A stretch of DNA of 64,000 nt. Source: Candidatus Methanomethylophilaceae archaeon (GTDB lineage: Archaea > Thermoplasmatota > Thermoplasmata > Methanomassiliicoccales > Methanomethylophilaceae). Location of the stretch: assembly GCA_050950505.1 (NCBI GenBank), contig JBMNHS010000001.1, positions 160,001-224,000 of the forward strand, given 5' to 3'. Shown one piece after another: positions 48,613 through 57,700 of the stretch; the first letter of the stretch is position 1; every line of letters starts with the position of its first letter. Below the pieces are notes generated by a model. The model was not told where the DNA came from. It made no database searches and saw only the letters and a list, made by a program, of their open reading frames with translations. A program made the translations under genes and the position numbers.

Positions 48613-50169
48613 TTACATTCTCCTTTTCAGTATGATGAGGGCTGCCAGAATCAACGCGACGGCCGTCACGCCTATCGCCGCGTACATGATGGAAGACGAA
48701 CCGCTTCCGCCCTCTGAATCAAGGGAATTTTTGTAAACCGCACTCTCGATGCAGAACAGTGTGTTGCTGTCGTTCACGACGTAAAGGCTGCCGTTCGGTC
48801 CTATGGTAACATTCGATGTTGAAAATTCACTCGGAACGGAGGTGTACATGTGCACAAGTTCGCCTTCGGTGCGGGTCTGATTGTCTTCAAGGACCGCAAG
48901 CACTCCGGGGTAGGTGTATGTGAACGTGTAGAGGTAAACCGTCTGATCGTTCTCCTCGTTCGCATAAGCATCGCATAACGTTATGTGATAAAAGCTCAAT
49001 TCTCCGAGACCCATGTCTGTAGATCTGGCTTCATAAATCAATTCCAGACTGTTTGCGTCTATCACGAGTATGCCTCCGCAGTTGGCGTAAATTCTGTCGC
49101 CGTATACCACGGGGGTGATGCGTCTTTGCCAGTTGTCCGAATAATAATGAAGGGTGTCGTCAATGTCGAAAACCCCGTCTTCGTTTGTATCGGTTTTATC
49201 GAACTTACCGGTTTCGGAATCGAAACCTACGGAAAACAGATATCCCGAATAGGTGCTGGAATCTCCCTGTTGCACGAATAGTACGGAAGACCTCTTTTCA
49301 TCGTACACGACACTGCCTCTTATGACTCCCTCGTACAGGAACAGGGTGTCTTCGATCACGGGTTCGCCGGCATCGATGGATGCGGACTTGTTCACCGAGA
49401 ACACGAATCCTCTTTCGGAAGGTATCAGAATATAGTTCTCTATTATGGCCGCTCCCGCCCAGTAAAATCCGGGGGTGCCTCCGCCTTCTCCGTCATCATC
49501 CATTACCCATACGGGGCTCTTGGTTTCCAATTCATCGTCAGGGTCTTCGTCCTCCGCAGAATAACAGTAGAATTCGCCGGTGGATACGCTTCCGCCGCCC
49601 CATTGGAATTGTCCGCTGTAGACGTATCCGTCATCGTACAGAATGGGCATGCAGGGTTGATCGGATACCGAAAATTCGGGGGCGAACCACAATGATTTCA
49701 TTGTTTCTGCATCAAAGGCCTGCATAGATCCCTTGCCAAGGGGAACGAAGATCTTTCCGTCACCGTATGTCAACCATGCCGTATTGCCGTTGCCTGGGAA
49801 TTTTCCGTTCAAATCCGCTTTGGCCGCAAGTTTCCCGTCGGTCGTCAGTTTGAGCAGATGCTCGGGGGTGCATATGTAAACGTAGTCTCCGATTGCCAGA
49901 GGAAACGAACTTCTTATGTTCGTCACCTGGTAAAAGTCACCGTATTTGAAATCCCATATATTCGAAATTTCATCCGGGTTCCGGGGGGCAAGCGAAGAAC
50001 TTATGTTGCTGTTCCAATTGTCGCGTTTGGCAGTGGTCCAATCCAAATCGGAAATGTCCGAATCCGCATAAGCAATACCTGCCACGGGCAACAGCAGGCC
50101 CGCAACCAACACCAAAACGGCGGATGCGGCCAGTGTCGACCTCAAAAGCGATTTTCCGGATTCTGCCAT
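48613..50169 (-). CDS. Beta-propeller (PQQ-like) surface protein
   Basis: Signal peptide; propeller-like repeats (AFDAETMKSLW, GFYWAGA); C-terminal TM-KRRM. Confidence 0.72.
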   Translation of the reverse strand: MAESGKSLLRSTLAASAVLVLVAGLLLPVAGIAYADSDISDLDWTTAKRDNWNSNISSSLAPRNPDEISNIWDFKYGDFYQVTNIRSSFPLAIGDYVYICTPEHLLKLTTDGKLAAKADLNGKFPGNGNTAWLTYGDGKIFVPLGKGSMQAFDAETMKSLWFAPEFSVSDQPCMPILYDDGYVYSGQFQWGGGSVSTGEFYCYSAEDEDPDDELETKSPVWVMDDDGEGGGTPGFYWAGAAIIENYILIPSERGFVFSVNKSASIDAGEPVIEDTLFLYEGVIRGSVVYDEKRSSVLFVQQGDSSTYSGYLFSVGFDSETGKFDKTDTNEDGVFDIDDTLHYYSDNWQRRITPVVYGDRIYANCGGILVIDANSLELIYEARSTDMGLGELSFYHITLCDAYANEENDQTVYLYTFTYTYPGVLAVLEDNQTRTEGELVHMYTSVPSEFSTSNVTIGPNGSLYVVNDSNTLFCIESAVYKNSLDSEGGSGSSSIMYAAIGVTAVALILAALIILKRRM

Positions 50170-50170
50170 A

Positions 50171-51472
50171 TCAGACCCTCCTCTTGAAAATCAATGCGGC
50201 CGCTACCAGTACGATTACTCCCGCAATCGGCAGTACAAATTTCATTTCGAAATTGCCGCCGTTGTTTCCGTTACCGGGATCCGCGGATCCTCCCCCTTCT
50301 CCGGGACCTTCGGGGTCGACCACGGGGGGTGTCGGTATCACGGTTTCCGAATAGGTTGCGTACACCACCCGGTCTTCGGTCACGTTAATAAGATTATCTT
50401 CAGGGGACCAACCGGAGAAAGTGTACTTTATGTTTCCCGACTGGGCTTTTGTGGGGATTGTCGAGAAAGATGCGTTTTCACCGTCGACGACGTTCACGGT
50501 GCCGATGACGGTTGTTTCATCATCGTCCATGAACGTGACTTTATGCAGTGACGTGCTTCCTTCTTCAACAACAGTCACTTTGCACAGGGGTGACGTCGTG
50601 TTTGCGGTATCACTGAAATTTCTCAGTTCACCCCCCCAATCCACAATTATGTCGTTTATCAGAGCAGATATGTAGTATGTGCCGGGGGTATCAAAAGAAT
50701 AAGTGAAGTTACCGTTCGCGTCCGTGGTTATTTCGGATTCGGGCAGCTCCAAAAGGGAACCGGTCGGCACTTCCTCAAATATCAGTATCTCAGCGCCTTT
50801 GATTTTGGATACGGTCCCGGGGAAGGTGGGCGCCGCCATAAGTGACAGCGTCAGTTCTTCTTCCACTTCGGATTTGACGAAATCCTCCGAGAAATGAGCA
50901 AAAGCGCCTTCTTGATAGAAATTCCAATCCGTGAACATGGAAACTTCGACAATCATGTCGTTTTCCAACGGTATCTCATCGGAAGTCGCGCCGATACTTT
51001 CCGAATCAGGTTTCAGAGGGAATTTGTGATTCAGGAAATACATGAAATTCTCGTCATGACCCCAGAAGGTCTGGAAGTAGGATGAGCCTGCCGAACCTGT
51101 GAGGTTCATCGCATGGGTGTCATCATTGTTTACTATCTTCGTGCCCGGACAGTAGTATTCTTCCAAAGCCGTGATAAGAAGATGCAATACCGTGGGCACT
51201 TCCGCGATGTCTCCGTTTGCATCCGTATACTCATAATCACCCAACCAGTAATCTTCAAGAGGGAAATAGGAAACCGTTACCGGCACCAAAGCCATCACGG
51301 TATTTTCGGTATCGTTGCCTTTTACGAATTGTCCATCGCTCTGCAAAGTGAAATATGCCGTCACTGAATTGTCGTCTCCCAGTTCGGGATCGGCAAATGC
51401 CGCCGGGACCGATGTCAACAATATCACAATCAGTCCTGCGACCAATATTTTATTTTTGAATTTGTTCATCAT
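50171..51472 (-). CDS. Cell-surface protein (DUF4430-like plus Ig/InlB-like repeat)
   Basis: Signal peptide; PTVLHLLI..SYFQTFWGHD.NFMYFLN; YTFSGW repeat; Pro/Gly linker; TM-KRRV. Confidence 0.72.
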   Translation of the reverse strand: MMNKFKNKILVAGLIVILLTSVPAAFADPELGDDNSVTAYFTLQSDGQFVKGNDTENTVMALVPVTVSYFPLEDYWLGDYEYTDANGDIAEVPTVLHLLITALEEYYCPGTKIVNNDDTHAMNLTGSAGSSYFQTFWGHDENFMYFLNHKFPLKPDSESIGATSDEIPLENDMIVEVSMFTDWNFYQEGAFAHFSEDFVKSEVEEELTLSLMAAPTFPGTVSKIKGAEILIFEEVPTGSLLELPESEITTDANGNFTYSFDTPGTYYISALINDIIVDWGGELRNFSDTANTTSPLCKVTVVEEGSTSLHKVTFMDDDETTVIGTVNVVDGENASFSTIPTKAQSGNIKYTFSGWSPEDNLINVTEDRVVYATYSETVIPTPPVVDPEGPGEGGGSADPGNGNNGGNFEMKFVLPIAGVIVLVAAALIFKRRV

Positions 51473-51574
51473 TCGGATTCTCCTCCGATTTACGCACGTA
51501 CACATTTTTCGAACCGGTATTTCACCCCGGTTCGAAACGGTCCGTTCTGTTCGGAATGACTGAGTTTTATTGAT

Positions 51575-51603
51575 GTTATATATCAATGCCAGATTGGTTG
51601 GAT
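51575..51603 (-). promoter_or_regulatory. Promoter with ATCCAACCAAT box upstream of TATA (copy 1)
   Basis: Minus strand ATCCAACCAAT-ctg-GCAT-tga-TATATAA. Confidence 0.6.
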
Positions 51604-51771
51604 GTAATCTCTGTTTCGTAGGTAATTGCCCACATTATAAGGAAGAATACCGCATATGCAGCCAATCAGGTTTTCTGATGATACCGAATGCGTTCTCTTG
51701 ATTTTGAAATAAATAAAAAAGAGGTTAAGAGGTTTGTTTCGAGATTGGGGATCGTTTCCTTCAAAACGGAA

Positions 51772-54621
51772 TTATGCTCTCCTCCATATCAGGAACACTA
51801 CCGCAATCGCAAGCACAATGCCCGCGGCCAATATGATGACCGCATGCACCGAGCTGAAGACACCGTCGTCCTCCGCAGGAGGTTCCTCGGAAATTCCTTC
51901 CGCCAGCACGAATGTCGAACAGTGGGTCAGTCCGAAAGAAATCATGCCGCCGGACACCACCAGATTTTCGGCCTGCAACTCCAGCGCTCCGGTTTCTTCA
52001 TTGTAGAAGAACAGGTTCAGAACCGTTCCGTCTTCATATGTGTCGGACACACGGTAGGATATGACGGCGTTGTTGGGCAGTTCTCCGCTGGCGGCGAAGT
52101 TTAGCACCAACGGGTTCTCCATATCGAGTTTGCCGATTGCGGAGGTTATGGCTTCGCTGGATTCCGTTTTGGAAATTCCCAGTTTGAGGGTTCCGGCGTT
52201 TTCTTTGTATTCCCCGTCAAAGGACCAGGAATACTGAACCTCACCGTTGTCATCCAACACGTTTACGACCAGAGGTTTGTCAAGATCTTTGAACAGATTG
52301 TTGTTCAACACCGTATCCGTCGCTGAGCTCTTCACGTTCAGAACCGGGGTTTCCTCCTGTTCGATCAAATCCGCGAATTCGTCTTCCGACGGGAGATCCT
52401 CATAGATTATCGGAGTCCATACCGCGTAGAGAACCGTGTCGGATGTGACGACGTAAGGTTCGGCGACCAAGGCCCCTCCGGGGGTTAATGACCATCCTGC
52501 CAAAACGTGCGTCGCCTTCGATATGCCTTGTGTCGGCAATTCGAGTTCATCGCCGTCGGCCGCGAAGACGTCATCGATTGAACCTACGCCTCCGTTGGCA
52601 TCAAAGGTAACGCGGTTGCCCGTAACCGTCACTTCGCACCATGATATGGGGGCTCCGAAGACTTCGGCTATTATGCCGTATTCGTCCGCGACCGACTCAC
52701 GGTACGCACACACGTAGTATACTCCCGGTTCCGGGAAGGAGAACGTATAGACGTAGTCATCGCCGACCAGTGCCTCCGTGACAGCCAGTCCGGTCAATTC
52801 TGATATCTGAATGTTTTTGACCGGATTCACTGTGTAGTAGAAGGACAGACCTTCAAAGGTTATGGACGGCAGCCAATACGGTTTTTCGGGATTGGTGGGG
52901 ACAGTCAGCGAAATCTCTTCATCGAAACCCGCTTCGGTCTTCACTTTGTCGAAGGTCGTGAGCCCGTTTATGAAATAATTGAACAGATTCGCTTCCGCGT
53001 AACAGCCTTCTTCAATCGGTACTTCTGTGTGAAGGTCTTCTACCATCACCCCGTCAAGGAAGTATGTCATGTCGAAGAAATCAAAATCTTTGAACTCTAC
53101 ACCCCAAAACTTTGTGTTCCATCCGCTTGCGGAAAACACAAACAGGGAAGACACTTCGTCCGTTTCGAAAAAGTCCTCATGGGCTGCCACGAAAAGATGT
53201 GTGAGCGTTGCCCCTTCCGAGACGGTGCTGCACTGTTTCTTGCTGTATCCGTAAGGCTCCAGATCGAACCCGTTCTTGTTGAACGTGACCGTGTACGGAG
53301 ACGTGAAGATCAGGGAATCCTGCGATACGGAGAATTTAGCCGACATCATTTCAGCGGGGATTGCATCATATTCCGGACTCAAAGTTATGTTTTCGGTTAC
53401 GTTGGTAAATTCTCCCGACCATCCCAAGAATACATAGTCGTGAGTTCTGGATCTTTTACCGGGGGCGTCGGTCGGTGCCGATGCGTCCTCGCCGAGAGAC
53501 ACGGTTTCAGTGTAGTACACAGAGTCGTAGCCGTCAAGGAAAGTCACGGTGAAAGTGGGTATCACTTCTTCCGTGACCGCTTCGTATTCACAGTTTTCAG
53601 TCACCTCCGAGATGTCGGGAGTCCATCCGGTTATTATGTATTCATTGCCCGCATCGTCAACCCATCCCATGTCTCCCTTGTATTCGGGAATCAAACCTTC
53701 GCTGTAACACTCGTCGGTTTCAACCCCGTCAACCGACCATGTAATTTTGTACACGGACATTGACGCGGTTGCAGTCAACGATGGAATTCCGATGGGTTGA
53801 CAGATGGCCACTATATCGTAATCTCCGGGATTCAGATTCTTTTTCAGAACAGATACCGAAAAGGAACCGTCATTTTCCGAAATGCACATTCCCGATGCGA
53901 TTTTGGTGGTGCCGGACGTTATCTGAACTTCGACATTGGTGTTTCCGTAGTAGTTTCCGAAGGTCCCGGCAATGCCGAAGAGTTCATTGACGTACTCCGT
54001 TTTCGACAACGTGGCTTTGATGGTGACGATTACTGTGCATTCTGCTTCCAGATCGCCGATGGTGACTTTTATTTTGGCCTCGCCTTCGGATATTGCCGTG
54101 ATGTTGCCTTCATCGTCCACCGAAACCTTTGACGGATCCGAGGACGACCATATCATGGGATAGTGTACCGTCGCAGGAATGGTTTCAGCCTCTAATTTGA
54201 ATGAATTTCCTACAACAAGCACTTTTTCCGATACGTTCAGATTTATGGATTCGGTCTCAAAAACTTCCATCTGTTTCGATATAGTCACGGAAGGCTTTCC
54301 GACGGGGAGGCTGATTGCCACTATGTCGTATACACCCGCTTCCAATCCTTCTTTTTTGATGGAAACCGAGAAAAATCCGTTATTGTCCGTTATGCATATT
54401 CCCGAAACCACGGTGGTGGTTCCGGACATCACCCTCACTTCCGTATGGGAATCCGCATAGCCGATTTCAAAATGCCCCGACACATCGATTATGCCGTCGA
54501 AATAACTCGCATCGACGATTTCTGACGTGTCTCCGTCGGCGTTTGCAGGGGGTATCGCCATTACAAATACCGACGATAACATCGCTATGAGTATAATTGC
54601 GGCGATTTTCTTATTTTTCAA
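51772..54621 (-). CDS. Large cell-surface protein (Big_2, InlB-B-like repeats, DUF4430-like domain)
   Basis: Signal peptide; WSSSDPSKVSVD Big_2; VTFDANGG repeat; C-terminal TM-WRRA. Confidence 0.8.
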   Translation of the reverse strand: MKNKKIAAIILIAMLSSVFVMAIPPANADGDTSEIVDASYFDGIIDVSGHFEIGYADSHTEVRVMSGTTTVVSGICITDNNGFFSVSIKKEGLEAGVYDIVAISLPVGKPSVTISKQMEVFETESINLNVSEKVLVVGNSFKLEAETIPATVHYPMIWSSSDPSKVSVDDEGNITAISEGEAKIKVTIGDLEAECTVIVTIKATLSKTEYVNELFGIAGTFGNYYGNTNVEVQITSGTTKIASGMCISENDGSFSVSVLKKNLNPGDYDIVAICQPIGIPSLTATASMSVYKITWSVDGVETDECYSEGLIPEYKGDMGWVDDAGNEYIITGWTPDISEVTENCEYEAVTEEVIPTFTVTFLDGYDSVYYTETVSLGEDASAPTDAPGKRSRTHDYVFLGWSGEFTNVTENITLSPEYDAIPAEMMSAKFSVSQDSLIFTSPYTVTFNKNGFDLEPYGYSKKQCSTVSEGATLTHLFVAAHEDFFETDEVSSLFVFSASGWNTKFWGVEFKDFDFFDMTYFLDGVMVEDLHTEVPIEEGCYAEANLFNYFINGLTTFDKVKTEAGFDEEISLTVPTNPEKPYWLPSITFEGLSFYYTVNPVKNIQISELTGLAVTEALVGDDYVYTFSFPEPGVYYVCAYRESVADEYGIIAEVFGAPISWCEVTVTGNRVTFDANGGVGSIDDVFAADGDELELPTQGISKATHVLAGWSLTPGGALVAEPYVVTSDTVLYAVWTPIIYEDLPSEDEFADLIEQEETPVLNVKSSATDTVLNNNLFKDLDKPLVVNVLDDNGEVQYSWSFDGEYKENAGTLKLGISKTESSEAITSAIGKLDMENPLVLNFAASGELPNNAVISYRVSDTYEDGTVLNLFFYNEETGALELQAENLVVSGGMISFGLTHCSTFVLAEGISEEPPAEDDGVFSSVHAVIILAAGIVLAIAVVFLIWRRA

Positions 54622-54698
54622 TTTTTCACTTCCTTTGCTGATTTGTCATTTTCACTGAGATTGTTTCCTGTGTCACAATTTGACTTTATGAAAATTTT

Positions 54699-54732
54699 CC
54701 GGACAGGATTTCCTTTCGGGCGTCCTGTCCGG
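54699..54732. other. Strong intergenic hairpin (RNA stability or termination element)
   Basis: CCGGACAGGA...TCCTGTCCGG 10-bp perfect stem with inner GAAA loop on the minus strand. Confidence 0.55.
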
Positions 54733-54751
54733 GTTTATGTTTCTGAAACGC

Positions 54752-57700
54752 TCAGTCTGTCACACTCACCTCCTGCATTGTGCTTCCGTAGGTTATGGAC
54801 CCGCCGTCAAAGTCAGGCATGCCATCGTAAATGAGGGCGTACACCTTGACAGGAGTGTCCGTGTAAGAGAAGTCCAGTACGGACGAACCCACTCCGCGGT
54901 TGAGAACGATGTCGGAGTACACGTGCATGAACGTGTGATCGGAGTACTCCGTCCACACGCAGATTACGGGGTTGTCTATATTCTCGAAGTTCTTGCCTCC
55001 CATGCCTACCGTGACTTTAACAGTCAGCTGTTCGCCGTCAAGATTGAGTCCGAGCGATATACTGTATTCCTGTTCGTCGGTGCTTACTTCGTAAACGGGG
55101 AACAGTGTGACATCGGTCGTGATTCTTTCATACGGGATCATGGACACGGTTGCCAACGGATCGTCGGACCAGCCCTTGAACACATATCCGAGTATGCGCA
55201 TCCTTTCGTAGATGCGGGGATCCGGGTCGCTGACATTCTTCGAGCTTTCCTGCGTAACCTCGGCTACCGTATTACCAAAACTATCCTTATATGTTACAAT
55301 CAACGGCCTGTTGAACACTTTGTATTCCGGATTGGTGCCGTTGGCATATAGGTTGGAATCAAAGAATCTCTTTGTGAAACTCATAGTACCCATATTGGAC
55401 GCGGTTCTTTGCGTACCTGATTTGTTGATTCCGTCCGTACCTGTATTCTCAAGGAAGTAACAGGATTGGATTACACAGTCAGAACATATGTACGCAGACT
55501 TGGAAATATCGGAACAGGTCAGCAATCCGGTTGTGTAACATCCTTCTACTATTGCAGCGTTTGTTGCAATTCCGGATACGGCGGTTCCGGTGATGTTGCC
55601 CAAGTTGTAGGATGCGTAGACATAAGTCTTGCCGCCATACGCAGTACTGCTCAGACTGCCCATTATTCCCGCGGCATTGATGCCGTCAACGTCTCCCTTG
55701 TTGGCGCAGTACGACACTTCGGTGATGTACCCTCCGCCACAGATGCCGCCTGCGTTCTCGCCTTCCACTGTCCCTTCGAAGGTGCACCCGTGAATCTTGC
55801 TGTTCACGGACAATCCGACAATACCGCCTGCTCTCTTAGCAGAGAAGACGGTGGCGTAGGATGCGCAGTTCTTCACTTCGGAGTCGGTGATGCTTGAAAC
55901 TATGCCTCCGGCAAAGTTTTTGCTGAGCATGATTCCGTCCGTGGACAGGTTTGCTATGACGGTGCCGTTGTTGGCCACCGAAAATAATCCTGCATAATTG
56001 CTGGTGGATTCGTTGTAGATTCCCGAAACCATGTGGCCGTTTCCGTTGAAATAAACCCCGTTGCCCAAATCGATCGGCGTCCACGGTTTATAGTTCAGGT
56101 TGATATCCTGGCACAGCATAATGTTGGTACCCTTGACGGGTTTGTTCGCGGAGAACCATGCCAATTCGGAGGGCTTGTACACAAGATACGTACCGTTCCA
56201 TATTATGGGCTTTTCCCTCGTAACTCCGTCCCAGTACGGCCCGGAGGACTGTTCTCCCATGTCAACGGTTACCGTTTGTTCGTTGGTTTCGTTGGTAACG
56301 GAGAAGGAACCCGTCTTCATGGCATAACCGTCGGCAGTGACGACGTAATCGTAACTTCCGTAGGAGAGTTTGTACACTCCGTCCTCAGGCGCCATGACTT
56401 TGCCGTTTCCTGTCACAACAATGTCGGCGTTATCAACCGATACGTTGAACGACACATCGAAGGGTACTGCCTCCGTGATGCCCTCAATGACTATTTCCGG
56501 CAATACACCGAAATAAGCGTTGCGGGTCAGCGCGGTAAAGTTGGGCGGAAGTCCAACATGGGGATCTAAGTTTCTGTGGTTTCCGTATTCGTCACCGAAA
56601 CCTCCTTCGTTTATGATTCCCCTGGTCAACGTGAGCGTGTCCTTATCCCAATCCTCAGGAATCGTCACGGTAAAGGAATTCATACCCGCGAAACCGTAGT
56701 TTCCGAATCCTGAATAAAGTTTACCGATGGTGCCGATTTCGGATTCGTACAACAGCGTACAGCCCATATTGTAAATCGCGGCCAGCTTTATCGCGGGTTG
56801 GTAGAGGTTGCCTATGGTTACAGTTACGTTGTCACCGTATTTTATCGGAATACCGGGTCCTGCGGCGTTCTCTATCGTATAGGTCACGGGCTTTGCAGTC
56901 ATTACCTGATATTTTGTCTGACTTCCGTTGGTTATGGAAACTATGTTCCGTCCCTCGGTCAACGTTACGGTGAACGTGCCGTCTCCGTTATCCTTCGCGA
57001 CTCCATTTGTGAATCCGTCCACCATACGTTCTCCGATGATAGGGTTCAGAACCGAAACGGTACTGCCGCTCTCGGGTTCAAATGTGTATTTGAATCCGCC
57101 GGTGTCTTCAAGATAATAGAATACATCCAATTCGGAATCCACATAAATTCCCGACATTTTGTTATTGTTTCCGTTATAGGACTCGTTAACTTTCATTCCG
57201 GTTTCGAAATCAGGTCTGTCGTCACCGACGGTGACTACAAACACTCCGGTGTTTTCAGGCCACAGGGCACTGAAGAACAAAGCGGGAGTATTTCCCGAGG
57301 GGCCGAGAGTTATTCCGTCGTAGGTCACGAGCACGATTGCGGTTCCTTTCGAATCTGCACTGACTACGTAATGACCTATTGTCGAATCGAATACAATCGA
57401 AACGGTATCACTGGGTTTTCCGTCCATGCCGAGAACCGTGAAATATTTGTCCGGTTCAAAGAAATAGTTCGCAGTCACTCCGTGTTGCGCTTGGAACACT
57501 TTTGTAGCTATCAGAATGTGTTCATCGCCCACATCCATCATAAGGTGCCCCTCTGCGTTTATGTTCAAAAGTACATCCGCAACACCCATGCTGGACTGGG
57601 TGCCCGATAAATCTCGTACAATCGTATCTTTGCTTATATCGGATCCGTACCCCAAATCCTCCAGGGAGATTGCCAGATTCATATCCCCCTTGGCCATCGT

